This document shows positions 21,001-30,996 of a DNA stretch of 64,000 nt, one piece after another. The stretch is from a virus. Position 1 is the stretch's first letter; the number at the start of each line of letters is the position of its first letter. The position numbers and the translations under genes were made by a program. The DNA is taken from positions 45,450 to 109,449 of the IMG/VR virus record IMGVR_UViG_3300028581_000018, one strand, 5' to 3'. The notes under the pieces are model-generated. The model made no database searches and had not been told where the DNA came from. It saw only the letters and a list, made by a program, of their open reading frames with translations.

Positions 21001-23058
21001 TATTAGTTTAAACTGCGGGTGATCTTCAGGCTCCTGAAAATAATGTGTTGAGTTACCATAAATATTATTGTACAGTTTAAGCTGTTTAGTATTTAGATAT
21101 GGTCTATTAAAATTTGTATCAGGAGAATGAAAACTTAAATATTGATTACTAAACAAGTTTGGAGTTATATCTAAAAAAGGATCTCCACCAAGAGGATTAA
21201 AAGGATAATTTTGATAAAGAACTTCATCAATAACAGTTGTACTGTTAAGATCTTTAACTTCATACTTACGCATGTTGTTGATAAGACCCTTTGCAATAAT
21301 AGACCTATTACCCTGACGCGTACCTCTTAATATCTCATAACCTACTATGTTAGTTATGTCATTTCCGTCATTGTCTTTTGGTAGTGCAATGTTTTGAAAT
21401 CGCACACCCATTATTCTAATAAACTGATTACCTGTAACTGGGTCTACTCTAAAGTGTACAAGCTCACCTCTGGTTAGATATCCATTAGGTGTATACTGGT
21501 AATTTTCAGGAAACTTATGGTGTCTTATTTTTTTACCACATAAATCATATGATGGGTTGGTTTGATTAAATACCCCCGTCCATGGTTGTGAACTAGAGTT
21601 CCAGATTTCTGGTTTGTCATCGGGATATATCTCTGTTGATTCCCAATAGCTCATATCTCCTTCTGCTATAATTGTTCCTTGATAAGGAGCGTCATCTATA
21701 GATTTAGTGGATCCCGGCGCCGTGTTAATAACTGCTGTGTTATACACCTGCCATGTTTGATTACCAATACCCTCAGCAATATTTTGTGCGGCGTCTGCAT
21801 TTGATACAGTTGGTAAATCAAAAAGACCATTAGAAAATCTACCAGGTATATGATAAGATTGACTCTTATCGCCAGTATCATATATCCACCTAATAAAAAA
21901 TGAGTAAACTTCATCTCGCAAATAAGATGTTCTAAATCCACCATTTTGGTAATAAGTAGCAGGATACTCAACAGACACCCACTTAGCACCAATTAAATTT
22001 GCTAATGGTTGATAGTTAAAGTCTAGTTTACCACTAGGTCTGATTCTAAGTAAATATCTATTTACCTCAAACATCCCCTCACTTTTCTCATAGACATTGT
22101 TTCTGAGTGGTATGTTGTCAATAGGTACAGATGTTAATTCACTTGCAATGATATCTAATGACACAATTGTTTGCCGCGTGCTGTAAATACCAATCCTCTT
22201 AGCAACAGTTTGTTGAGATACATTAGATACTATTACTAACTCATACTCACTAAAGTATTCAGTATCTGCTTCTACTTCAATTTCTAATGAACCAGCAAAC
22301 TCTGCATCTCTATCAAATAATACCTGCACATTACTAGGTGAAAAGTAATCTGTTACTTTTTGACCATTGATGCAATATGCAATAACAGCATAATAAGAAC
22401 CAGCTTGTAGGTTACCACCACCAGGGCCTTGACGCACCTTTACACAAGGTGTTTCCATTAACGATGCTAATCTTAGTTTATCACAATCTAAGTCAGGCAA
22501 GTTAATACATGTAGTACACCCATTTACTGTAGTGCACTTTTGTTTCCAAGGTGGCCCATCCCAAAGTGTTAATGGAGCAATACAATTTTGTGGCCACAAA
22601 GTAGGGTTACCAATGTTCATAACCCTATCTGGGTTTAAACCATCTGCCCAGTATATTGACCAAGTACAATCTGCGTTCTCTCTAGAAACACCGAGTATAA
22701 GATTCTCTTTTTTAAATTCTAAACAGCTATCATTTACAATACGTAAATAACAACAATCACTTTCATCATACAAACCTATTTCTGAGTTTGTATTATCTGT
22801 AGAGTAAATTATCCACTTGTCTCCAAATAGATGTGTTGTTCCAATAATAGGATATGGCGCTGCACCACATAAAAAGTTAGCAGGCTCATTACTCACTGTG
22901 CCAACATCACCAGTAACAGTATTGTTTTGTAAATTTCTAGCATGTGTCCAATAACCTTCAGGTAGAAACGTGGTATCCACGTCTTTATTCATACCCTTAG
23001 TAAAAGGTTTTGTTATAACAGTGCTGCTAACATTTTCTTGAGAACCTTTCTTTGCCAT
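18016..23058 (-). CDS. Tail stabilisation/muzzle protein (P22 gp10-like, crAss Tstab), 1680 aa
   Basis: FTKGMNKDVD N-terminus, beta-propeller-like composition and C-terminal WISFHDW; follows the ring/tube genes. Confidence 0.75.
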   Translation of the reverse strand: MAKKGSQENVSSTVITKPFTKGMNKDVDTTFLPEGYWTHARNLQNNTVTGDVGTVSNEPANFLCGAAPYPIIGTTHLFGDKWIIYSTDNTNSEIGLYDESDCCYLRIVNDSCLEFKKENLILGVSRENADCTWSIYWADGLNPDRVMNIGNPTLWPQNCIAPLTLWDGPPWKQKCTTVNGCTTCINLPDLDCDKLRLASLMETPCVKVRQGPGGGNLQAGSYYAVIAYCINGQKVTDYFSPSNVQVLFDRDAEFAGSLEIEVEADTEYFSEYELVIVSNVSQQTVAKRIGIYSTRQTIVSLDIIASELTSVPIDNIPLRNNVYEKSEGMFEVNRYLLRIRPSGKLDFNYQPLANLIGAKWVSVEYPATYYQNGGFRTSYLRDEVYSFFIRWIYDTGDKSQSYHIPGRFSNGLFDLPTVSNADAAQNIAEGIGNQTWQVYNTAVINTAPGSTKSIDDAPYQGTIIAEGDMSYWESTEIYPDDKPEIWNSSSQPWTGVFNQTNPSYDLCGKKIRHHKFPENYQYTPNGYLTRGELVHFRVDPVTGNQFIRIMGVRFQNIALPKDNDGNDITNIVGYEILRGTRQGNRSIIAKGLINNMRKYEVKDLNSTTVIDEVLYQNYPFNPLGGDPFLDITPNLFSNQYLSFHSPDTNFNRPYLNTKQLKLYNNIYGNSTHYFQEPEDHPQFKLIKDVFVVFALMAGAAYGIIKLNGKKQRTYSSPRGLNIAFPITANGTTLPPAFYPFVPIPGAHVATATTTQATSGNTASSSSVAIVQAAAPGGQSSVSQAEQTTANTAAALSPGFIGGEYTESYESNPYDGFPLNANAFNFLYFFSEGAETAMRAIYAFTPYRQYALQSLAHGFYDSSVRPIIPNVTREIDFNAYVRPGLVNFDQNYKINNIKRNTFVGIKTLVNAQSSAFLVPPNLDNSYAKPASYSDPRQEFQRNISSWYAGIKVRIQNQYGQLDSIKQIPITDCEQKIDFSSLISNSFTVNGKQYTKRVIPSGINFNSPAPPACIFFGGDTYIQRYTEKTTFFYFNDWLYSQPDGFEYNYYNYRMVSKPKFWVNSKQFTLSGAVNSAISSLITLQPPSPSTGAGILPSDFYKLDDGGVFNPLSVFTNDNTYFYLFNSGVRDFFVETERLSEFREQGVLNKDKFYDPYGFNDLGTMFNANPDVIPFDNFYAYDESFSISRLFNNFISWGQLQARNYDPQVSQLCYQYFPYRILYSLPQQDEQIRDSWRIYLANNYKDYRNYVTGVKSISRNGAMFFFRDSSPVLFQGVDELKTDLGTKVTLGDGALFSQAEQRIVNAENSFEYASCQDIRSVISTPGGLFWTSQNQGKIYQYTGQLKEISLAGLKWWFFKYMQYELLKDFPNFPLVANPVAGVGMQTIYENVDTILYICKKDYYLRDQYKNTGRVIYDESTNEFVIDRLIRVKIGDANFFNYFDDASWTVSYDLKNEMWISFHDWKPDLLLPSKNHFSSIKGSGIWRHNNTCAQYCNFYGIDYPFEIEIPVASGQQVFTLRSLEYTVESFVARNLNNCTDDFQILDYNFDEAIIWNTEQTSGLLRLNLQSKNNGIANLAYPIINPGFIDILYAKEEQKIRFNQFWDITDDRGEFNPIAQRQIWNTQPNGYLKTLNPNNLNYNKLQTQRKKFRHYINYVLLRKRVSGNVNMILRSFNEKLQFSSR

Positions 23059-24107
23059 TACATTATGTATGATCTTTTATACGGATAAGCAATATTATTA
23101 CGGGGATAGCTCTTAAACATGTCATAGTATTTTGAATACATAGCACGCCTATTTGTTTCCCATAACTGCCTCATCTCAGCAAAGTTTGGAGTATTGATAA
23201 ACCCTAATGCTACATTTCTAGCAGCTCTATAGCGAGCTTCAATAAGTTGCATTTTAGCTGTCACGTCTTCGCCGTTCATAAGGAGATTCTCGAGTATGCG
23301 TTGTTTCAACGCGTATTCATAGTATTCATTTAAATACTCATGATCAGGAACCAGTAAGTTACCATCTTCATCTTCTAGAGATCCTTGATAGTTAAGGTAA
23401 ACATTCCCGTGCTCAAAATTGACATATAGAAAGCCATCTTTGATCCAACCCTCGTGTGGTGATTTCCAGTATAAATTTGGGCACCCACATTCTATATCCT
23501 GAGATTCGCGAAGTCTAATAGGGTGCACACTTTTATAGTGACGAGTTTGTGTTTTTAACATCTGCACTATTTCATACTGTTCACCTTTTTGATTTACAAA
23601 TGTTCGCGGGCGCACGCATACATTCCCGTAAGGATTGTTGGGATCATATACATTTGTTTGTGTATATACAACACCGTTATCCCCGGGCATACACATTGCT
23701 GGATTACAACCACAAGGTGTGCAACCACAATTTGCACAGTTTACAGTAGGTGGTGCACACTGGTCAATAGTACCAGGCACTTCAGTATATGTAGGCACAA
23801 CCTTAACTTCTTCAATATGAGTACCTTGCGGTAAAAATTCTTTTGTAGTAAGATCTGCACATATTAGCGCATAGTTTATACTGAAGAAATCATCAGGTAG
23901 TTTTACCTTATGATTAGTTACTTCAAGTACAGTTTCCTTAGTCATGTAAATCCTTAGACCTAAATCATAGGTTACACGCTTGGCTACCTTGATTAATGTT
24001 TGCGGGTCAATCATGTTGTCAAGAGCATACTGCCTAAAATCAACATTGACATCTTCCAACAAGCTGTCAAAGGTTTTATATTTAATAGTGTAATTGTAAG
24101 TTGCCAT
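23058..24107 (-). CDS. Tail tubular/ring protein with a Cys-rich insert
   Basis: VKLPDDF and YQGSLEDEDGNLLVPD motifs typical of crAss ring proteins; synteny. Confidence 0.7.
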   Translation of the reverse strand: MATYNYTIKYKTFDSLLEDVNVDFRQYALDNMIDPQTLIKVAKRVTYDLGLRIYMTKETVLEVTNHKVKLPDDFFSINYALICADLTTKEFLPQGTHIEEVKVVPTYTEVPGTIDQCAPPTVNCANCGCTPCGCNPAMCMPGDNGVVYTQTNVYDPNNPYGNVCVRPRTFVNQKGEQYEIVQMLKTQTRHYKSVHPIRLRESQDIECGCPNLYWKSPHEGWIKDGFLYVNFEHGNVYLNYQGSLEDEDGNLLVPDHEYLNEYYEYALKQRILENLLMNGEDVTAKMQLIEARYRAARNVALGFINTPNFAEMRQLWETNRRAMYSKYYDMFKSYPRNNIAYPYKRSYIM

Positions 24108-24778
24108 TACCGTAAAATATTTTGTTTGTCATCTTGACCATCTCCAGGAATACTAGCGGCGGCAGTTAATTCTTTCAAAGCAAATTGTTCTATTTCTGCA
24201 AACAAGTAATCTGGTACGTTAAAGTTTTGCTCTTGCCGAGGAATACATTGATCCTGACTATCACACTGAAATGCACCAATGTTACCTTCAAAAATAGCCT
24301 CTACTTTAATTGCTTCCCAAGTTTGATTTGGTATATAAATGTAATCGTTGATAATCCAGCAATATACATTTTTATTATACTTAAATGTACTAGTCTTAGT
24401 CATAGAAGTATAGGTACCGGGATCAGTAATTATAATAGAAATAGAGCCATCAATTGAAGTAATAGATCTAAACATAGGCCCATATGTAGCATCAAGAATC
24501 TTAGGTAGTTTATCTTTAGTGCGCATTACAATACAGTTGGTTTTTATACCAGAGCAACACGCTTCTATCTTATCAACCTCAATAAGTTCTATGCAAGGTA
24601 ATACACTATAAATAGATGACATACGGATAATTTTCCCGCGGTCATCATCTCTCTTTATCAAGAGTTTAGCATACTTAAGTATAACAGTATAAAGCATACG
24701 ATCAGTAATGAAACTATCTTCATTGACAGCTTTTAAAATACTTCTCAATCGCGATACTGCATCTCCTATGGTGTTCAT
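24107..24778 (-). CDS. Tail ring protein
   Basis: DSFITDR...RTKDKLP...YIYIPN; synteny. Confidence 0.6.
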   Translation of the reverse strand: MNTIGDAVSRLRSILKAVNEDSFITDRMLYTVILKYAKLLIKRDDDRGKIIRMSSIYSVLPCIELIEVDKIEACCSGIKTNCIVMRTKDKLPKILDATYGPMFRSITSIDGSISIIITDPGTYTSMTKTSTFKYNKNVYCWIINDYIYIPNQTWEAIKVEAIFEGNIGAFQCDSQDQCIPRQEQNFNVPDYLFAEIEQFALKELTAAASIPGDGQDDKQNILR

Positions 24779-25359
24779 ATGTCAAATTCGTTATAGTTCT
24801 TTAGTGATTTCTCCCTAAGATACGTTCTTTGTTTTTTACGCTTCTCCTCTTTCATAATACGTGATATCTTATGCATACTATCTACAACAATATACATCTG
24901 CCAAGTATCAGGATATGTTTTTGCTACCGTTCTAGAAAAAAGTCTAGATGGTTTGAATTGCCATAATTCCCGGTTATTAAACATGTACCTGTTATCATAG
25001 TTGCTATAAAAGATTTTACCCAGATAACTGTCTGAGCCAAGATTACTATGAATAACTTTTATACCATATTTGATAGATTTACCAAAGTCAATATTTTCTT
25101 TTTTAGGTCTTTGACAACTACCAATAAATATGTAACCTATTTTTTCTGGTAACTCTATACCATCGCGCCGTTCAATTACTTGCTCAGTAACTTTTATATT
25201 AAAAGTTTTAATTATTTTCTTAAACTCATTAATACTATAACTTGGCATATCAGGATTTTTTTCCTTAAACCTTTTTAAAAAATCCTTATCAATCACCAAT
25301 TGATTTTTTTGATAAAACCGTGGCTTATTAAGATCTGGCTTTTTGAACATTTTATTCAT
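24775..25359 (-). CDS. IHF/HU-like protein of the tail module
   Basis: Helices followed by GIELPEKIGYIFI, as in the HU/IHF beta-arm; basic; crAss-like phages carry an IHF-like gene at this position. Confidence 0.6.
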   Translation of the reverse strand: MNKMFKKPDLNKPRFYQKNQLVIDKDFLKRFKEKNPDMPSYSINEFKKIIKTFNIKVTEQVIERRDGIELPEKIGYIFIGSCQRPKKENIDFGKSIKYGIKVIHSNLGSDSYLGKIFYSNYDNRYMFNNRELWQFKPSRLFSRTVAKTYPDTWQMYIVVDSMHKISRIMKEEKRKKQRTYLREKSLKNYNEFDI

Positions 25360-25417
25360 AGGTATAATATACTAATTATATAGCCACTTTACAAATTTGA
25401 GGGTTTTGAACGGGTAT

Positions 25418-25450
25418 AAAAAGCAAGCCCCCATTAAAGGGGGCTGCCTT
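25418..25450 (-). terminator. Intrinsic terminator
   Basis: GCCCCC/GGGGGC stem followed by a T-run on the minus strand. Confidence 0.7.
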
Positions 25451-25486
25451 GTTGTCACAGATAAACCAACAAACTGAGACATATTT

Positions 25487-26377
25487 TTAACATGGATCAC
25501 CCACGGCTACGGTGCCACTAGTAATGTACCATGAGTTGTTGCTCGCACATACTGCTAGAGTAGCTAATGGGCCTAAAGCTACAGGGCCAATAAATTCGCC
25601 ACTGCAATCAACATAGTAAACATTACCACCACCACCACCGGCAGTAAATGTAATATTTCGACAATCATAACAGCACCCTCCAGCATTAATTACAATACCA
25701 CTAGGAACTGAAATAATAGTTAAGTCATTTACTGAGCAAACAGAAACTGTTTCATTTACTGGTAATGACGGGAAAGCTTCAGTTGAACCATTACAATCTG
25801 TAATGTTAAATACTGTACAGGGAGTAAGAGCTGCATCTGCAGTTGCTGTTACACCTGGCACAGGAGGAGGATCAATTACTACACTAGGTGTACTAATATA
25901 TCCTGTACCCGGAGCTACTAATGTTACAGCTGTAATTGTATTTGCTCCACCAACAGTAGCGTTAGCTGTTGCACCAAGACCACCTCCACCACTAATTGTA
26001 ACAGTAGGTGGGTTTAATGGATCATAGTTGGTACCAGCATTAGTAACACTAAATGTCATAATAGTATATTGACACTCTATGTTATAACCATCACAAGTAG
26101 GTACAGGAGTAAATGTTACGGAGAAGGGTACGCGTTTATTCAACGAAACTTCTGACTCGCAAGTTGGTTGCACGTACCCTTCAAATGTTACAGTGTCACA
26201 CGTTTCATTATCAACAGTTGTAACAATATTTGCGTTGCAAGATGCTCCTCCACCAGTACAAGTAACTATAGTTGTACAGTCATAGGGTGAAGAAGGACTA
26301 GTTCTCCAACATACGCGGTGATTACCAGCGAAGTTGGAGTTGAAAGTTACTGTAATCGTAGCTGGAATTGCTGCCAT
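25487..26377 (-). CDS. Cys-rich beta-strand virion (tail/fibre) protein
   Basis: Thr/Val/Gly/Cys-rich, with a GTNY...VTISGGGG...GTGY module. Confidence 0.55.
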   Translation of the reverse strand: MAAIPATITVTFNSNFAGNHRVCWRTSPSSPYDCTTIVTCTGGGASCNANIVTTVDNETCDTVTFEGYVQPTCESEVSLNKRVPFSVTFTPVPTCDGYNIECQYTIMTFSVTNAGTNYDPLNPPTVTISGGGGLGATANATVGGANTITAVTLVAPGTGYISTPSVVIDPPPVPGVTATADAALTPCTVFNITDCNGSTEAFPSLPVNETVSVCSVNDLTIISVPSGIVINAGGCCYDCRNITFTAGGGGGNVYYVDCSGEFIGPVALGPLATLAVCASNNSWYITSGTVAVGDPC

Positions 26378-26380
26378 GAA

Positions 26381-26923
26381 TTATGAATTTAGTGTTCTAA
26401 CTTTAATTGTTACAGAGTTACAAGGGCCACCAGATGCACATGCTGTACTAACACGAATATAGTATTCTGTATTAGGTGTTAGACCAATTAGTGTATCTGT
26501 TAGTAGAGTAGTTGCAACATTAGGTTGTGTATACGGCCCCGCAAAACTAGTAGCTACAGATAACTGATAGTTTACAGCTGTAGGATTAGCTGTCCAGCTA
26601 ATAGTTATTGCACTAGTAGTAACTGTACCTACAGATAAACCAGTAGTAGCTAAACAGGTACCAGTAGGATCAACGCAACCATCAATTTGATCAAGAATAT
26701 ACTTCTCAAGAATATTACAGAGAGTATCTCCAGTTTCAATAATAAACGGATCAAGATCTACAATTGTAGGCCCATTATACACAACACAACACATGTTGTA
26801 AAACTCTGAGCAAATCTCAGGAGTAGGACAACCCACACCGCTTGGACAAGCAGGTGGGGTTGTCAGATATGAATCGCAAGTACATGTTGTCTTGCTGCAG
26901 GAACAATTTGTGCAGTAGCTCAT
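26381..26923 (-). CDS. Cys-rich protein with a fibronectin type III domain
   Basis: ITISW...YQL...GLTPNTEYYIRV FN3 signature. Confidence 0.75.
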   Translation of the reverse strand: MSYCTNCSCSKTTCTCDSYLTTPPACPSGVGCPTPEICSEFYNMCCVVYNGPTIVDLDPFIIETGDTLCNILEKYILDQIDGCVDPTGTCLATTGLSVGTVTTSAITISWTANPTAVNYQLSVATSFAGPYTQPNVATTLLTDTLIGLTPNTEYYIRVSTACASGGPCNSVTIKVRTLNS

Positions 26924-26924
26924 C

Positions 26925-28421
26925 TTAGTATGTTAAAATTACAGTTACAGTGTCAGGAGCTTCACATAGATCTGATAGGGTGCTGGTTACATTATAAGAA
27001 CACTCTTGTTCTTCAGAACCAACAACAATACGCAGACGCACGCGATATGTAGTAGAACTTGTCAATCCACTAAATGTTCCAGTATAAACTGCAGGTGATG
27101 CACCAGCAGCTTGTACATATGTACTAATTAGTGAACCAGGTGAACCACCATCCCACAACTCTACATTGTAAGTAGCTGTGCCACCGGGATGGCTAAAGCT
27201 CCATGCAACTGTAGATGCAGTAGGAGTAAGTGTTACAACAGGACAAGGAATCGTATTATTCACAGTATCACTTAGAACCTGGAAGCAAGTTTGACCAATT
27301 GACGTGTTATTAAAACAAGTCGTAGAAGTAATCGTGAAATCCAACAATGGATTCAACGGTGTACTACCAATGGTTATACCAAAATAGGTACTGTTGATTA
27401 GTGAAGGAATACTAAGAATGGCATTGTAGAGATTTCCTGCTGTGTCCAAGATTGTAAATGTGCTAGAACCAGCGCATTCTACAAAACCAGCAGGGATTGT
27501 GCCAGTAAAGTACAAGCGAAGTTCTCCACTTACAACCAGAGCTTGAAGAACAATTTGTAGATCTTCACAACCATCTGGACAACAGTTTACTTTAATGTTT
27601 TGAACAGCAGCACGCAAATCACAAACTGTTAGCCACATATTTGTAACTGAATCAGATAAATTTGTTACTGTGTTTACCCATCCTGGTAAAGATGACATAT
27701 TACCTAAACCAGGAGCTAACGCCGGGCTGTTATTTAGATTAGGGCATTGTACTGCAATAGCTGAAAAGATATCTGCAGGTAAACCTGTAGATGTTCTTAG
27801 CTGACAAAACTGAGTTTCTAATGCCTCTAAAATAATATCAATTGTAGTTGGTACAGGAGGTGTAATTACACAATCAGGTGTAAAGCTAGGCAATGTAAAT
27901 GTTGGTGCCGGGGTATTTTCTAATACAGTAACACGGATATCTAGTTGCTGAATAGCTAACTGGATCTGAGTAATATCACTAACAATATCACAAACACGGT
28001 TACCAATTAAGTTTACATAATCAGTAATAGACAAAAACCTTACCTCATCACCTAAGTTGTTTATATAGTAAAAACACTCAGAAATAGGTACAACGCAATT
28101 ATCTGGGCAACCTCCACCTGTGCTAGCAATCCCCGGTGTTACACCAGCTTGTTGTTCGCAAATCTTTTGAATAAGGATATTGATTAAATCCTTAAAGTTT
28201 TCAGGAGTTGGACAACCTAAATTTAAACATGTAAGATCATAGTTTTGCAGATCAAACATGTCAATTAATTTACACAACTCTGTAGCTAGTTTATAGACTA
28301 CATCAGTAATGGTATCACCACTGCATAAGTTAATGCATGGGATATCTGAGCCTTGCCACACTACACAGTTTGAAGAAACTGGTGTGCAACCTCCATGTTT
28401 TTGTTTGTTAACTGGTACCAT
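26925..28421 (-). CDS. Cys-rich tail/fibre protein with a C-terminal FN3-like domain
   Basis: Likely start MVPVNKQ at 28421; GLTSSTTYRVRL; short coiled coil. Confidence 0.6.
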   Translation of the reverse strand: MVPVNKQKHGGCTPVSSNCVVWQGSDIPCINLCSGDTITDVVYKLATELCKLIDMFDLQNYDLTCLNLGCPTPENFKDLINILIQKICEQQAGVTPGIASTGGGCPDNCVVPISECFYYINNLGDEVRFLSITDYVNLIGNRVCDIVSDITQIQLAIQQLDIRVTVLENTPAPTFTLPSFTPDCVITPPVPTTIDIILEALETQFCQLRTSTGLPADIFSAIAVQCPNLNNSPALAPGLGNMSSLPGWVNTVTNLSDSVTNMWLTVCDLRAAVQNIKVNCCPDGCEDLQIVLQALVVSGELRLYFTGTIPAGFVECAGSSTFTILDTAGNLYNAILSIPSLINSTYFGITIGSTPLNPLLDFTITSTTCFNNTSIGQTCFQVLSDTVNNTIPCPVVTLTPTASTVAWSFSHPGGTATYNVELWDGGSPGSLISTYVQAAGASPAVYTGTFSGLTSSTTYRVRLRIVVGSEEQECSYNVTSTLSDLCEAPDTVTVILTY

Positions 28422-28450
28422 CTTATTTAATATACAATTTTTTAGCCGAT

Positions 28451-30154
28451 TTAACAACCCGAGCAACTACTACATCCTGATGTACAGTTACCTGTACAAC
28501 TTGATGTGCACCCACAGTTTGAAGTATTTGTTCCACAATTAATGTTGTCTGTAAGTTGAAGCATTAAAAGCTTTTCTTTAGCAAGAAAAGATTCAAGTAA
28601 ATCATACTCACAACATATATTAATACCATAGCGCCTACTTAACATGTCAGAATAATACGCTTCAGCAAATGCACAGTTTACAAGAATTTCTCTTTCTTCA
28701 GTACATACTATTGGTATATATCCAGGTTCTATGTAAAACTTAGTTTGTTTAACTGGTTTTGGTAAACATAGATCACAGCGGCTAAAGGACGCAGTTTTTG
28801 TAGTTGCTTGGATACAATCACAGCCATCTTGACTACCTGCAGATACTGTCCAACATTTATTATTGCCTTGTATTTGAATTACATTACCAATTTCAACAGT
28901 AAGATCTTCATTAGTGTAAATGATATCTGTTGGATCCTCACAGTTTATAAGAATAAAACAAGGTATAATACATGCATCACAATCTTGAATTACATTAAAT
29001 GTAAATGGTGATGGTGTAATAATTACAGGATCACAAGACCCATCAATAATTGTGTAACAACCTTTTATACTCTCTGGTTGAGAAACATAAATGCTTGTAC
29101 CAATAAAACTTGTTAAGTCTTGACTAATGCTAATTGTTGACCCATCTGCACAAGATTCTAAAACTGTACACGTTGCAGAAGATGTTTCTTCAGTCCATAC
29201 TGCTCTAGGTAGATAGTAAGGATTATCAGATTGTGTCAATGTCACCATTGAATCTGCTGTAGAATGCACTGGGCCACCTATACCTGCGCCAGTACCAGTT
29301 ACATATCCGTCATCAGCATTGTACATGTGTGCACCATAATGCCATTCACCTTGTGCAGATGCTGCATTTTGTGTAGTCCAGGTTGCTCCAGCATTAACTG
29401 TTTTTAATCTTAATCCAGCAGTGCCTGTAACCCATAAAACATTATCGTTAATCCAAGTAAGATGTAGAAGATTATTAGATATATCTCCTCCAACTGTATA
29501 TTCAGCAGTAAAAACGGCACCTGCATTTGTACTACGCCAAATATTAAATGCAGTAACTGCAATTATAGTTTGCTGATCCTGACTAATATGAATACCAACA
29601 ATAGGATCCTTGATTGCTATTGATCCTGGTAAAGCACCCCAGTTCGCACCAGCATCTAATGTATAGTAAACCTCACCATTTACTCCACCTACTACACCAA
29701 TATTAGGTGTAATAAAATGTATAGAATATAAATCAACAGGATTAGAACCGCTGTCAAGAACTTGTCCAGTAGCAAGATTAAAAGTGTTTCCTTGGTCTGT
29801 AGATATTGCTACTCTACCGTTATCACCAGCGACAACAATATTTGCTGTGTCTATGCACCATACTTCACGCCATGAAAAACCTGTATTCCATATAGACTGG
29901 TAATTACCAGAAGGGGTTGCCCATGTAACACCTGCGTTGTTAGTAACAAGTATACCCTTATTATTGACTAATACACTACCTACCCTACCAACAATAATAG
30001 CTGAGTCAGCTACACTAGGTCTAGACATAACATCTAGAATTGACTGCATCTGTAAATTTGGAAACAGTGTACTAGTCAAATCTACCCAGGGAAGGGTATG
30101 ATTATCTAACCTTTTTACAAGGCTATTATCACCAACAACATATGTTCTAAACAT
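28451..30154 (-). CDS. BNR/Asp-box beta-propeller virion protein with a Cys-rich C-terminus
   Basis: Repeats TNNAGVTW, STDQGNTF, TLDAGANW, STNAGAVF, TVNAGATW. Confidence 0.8.
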   Translation of the reverse strand: MFRTYVVGDNSLVKRLDNHTLPWVDLTSTLFPNLQMQSILDVMSRPSVADSAIIVGRVGSVLVNNKGILVTNNAGVTWATPSGNYQSIWNTGFSWREVWCIDTANIVVAGDNGRVAISTDQGNTFNLATGQVLDSGSNPVDLYSIHFITPNIGVVGGVNGEVYYTLDAGANWGALPGSIAIKDPIVGIHISQDQQTIIAVTAFNIWRSTNAGAVFTAEYTVGGDISNNLLHLTWINDNVLWVTGTAGLRLKTVNAGATWTTQNAASAQGEWHYGAHMYNADDGYVTGTGAGIGGPVHSTADSMVTLTQSDNPYYLPRAVWTEETSSATCTVLESCADGSTISISQDLTSFIGTSIYVSQPESIKGCYTIIDGSCDPVIITPSPFTFNVIQDCDACIIPCFILINCEDPTDIIYTNEDLTVEIGNVIQIQGNNKCWTVSAGSQDGCDCIQATTKTASFSRCDLCLPKPVKQTKFYIEPGYIPIVCTEEREILVNCAFAEAYYSDMLSRRYGINICCEYDLLESFLAKEKLLMLQLTDNINCGTNTSNCGCTSSCTGNCTSGCSSCSGC

Positions 30155-30359
30155 CGCTTAATCTTACACTTACTTTTTGAATAATAGGTTCATCAGTAGA
30201 TCTTGTAAGGTTTGGTTGAACAAGTTTGTTTCTGTTTTTAAGAGACAACTCGTACTCATACTTTGCCGCGCAGGTTACACATACAGAGTAACCATCACTC
30301 GCGGTTTTCTTTTGACAACCACAACCTAGTTTAGTTCTACAATTTGTACATTGTGCCAT
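30147..30359 (-). CDS. Small Cys-rich, probably Zn-binding protein
   Basis: CxxC-CGC-CxxC. Confidence 0.6.
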   Translation of the reverse strand: MAQCTNCRTKLGCGCQKKTASDGYSVCVTCAAKYEYELSLKNRNKLVQPNLTRSTDEPIIQKVSVRLSDV

Positions 30360-30379
30360 ATGAATTGGTTTTTAATTGG

Positions 30380-30922
30380 TTAACAGTTTACGCAGTTTAT
30401 TTTATCTAATAGCTTTACAGCATAGTTGTAAATATCTATCCCGCGCATGGGCTCGTGGCAATATTCAGTAGCAGCTTTTGCAGCATCTAATAGTGTACGG
30501 ATATACTGCAGTTGACGTAGTTTGTCTTTTACTTTAACTGTAGGATCACAATTTGCAAGATTTAAACTACATAGTGCTCTCTCATATTTTTTGAGAGCTG
30601 CTGTAATTCGTAAATGATTATACTCTACATATAACTGATCAGAAGGTGAAAGACTATACTTAATTATCCATACACCATCTGGTAAGTCAATATATGAACT
30701 ACCACAACCATTAGTTTGAATACCAAGATCACACGCCGTGATGTTTAAATTGAAGTTTTCAGTTACACTCAGCTCTTTTGAAAAAGAATATCCCGGTAGT
30801 GTAATATGAAGCGTAGGACATGTAATAGGTAAACCTGTAGCATAAACGCTAGTATCTACTACTTTAAGAATACAACCTGTCATCGTGGTTGGTACATCAA
30901 GACTTAAAACGTGATTTGCCAT
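30380..30922 (-). CDS. Virion structural protein (tail hub-like)
   Basis: DLPDGVWIIKY motif; synteny. Confidence 0.5.
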   Translation of the reverse strand: MANHVLSLDVPTTMTGCILKVVDTSVYATGLPITCPTLHITLPGYSFSKELSVTENFNLNITACDLGIQTNGCGSSYIDLPDGVWIIKYSLSPSDQLYVEYNHLRITAALKKYERALCSLNLANCDPTVKVKDKLRQLQYIRTLLDAAKAATEYCHEPMRGIDIYNYAVKLLDKINCVNC

Positions 30923-30938
30923 ATGCTAAGATATATAA

Positions 30939-30976
30939 GAAAAGGGAGAGGAGAGATAAACTCTCACTCTCCCTTT
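30939..30976 (-). terminator. Intrinsic terminator
   Basis: AAAGGGAGAG...CTCTCCCTTT stem, T-run on the minus strand. Confidence 0.7.
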
Positions 30977-30996
30977 AACTTAAGATTCAGAAATAA

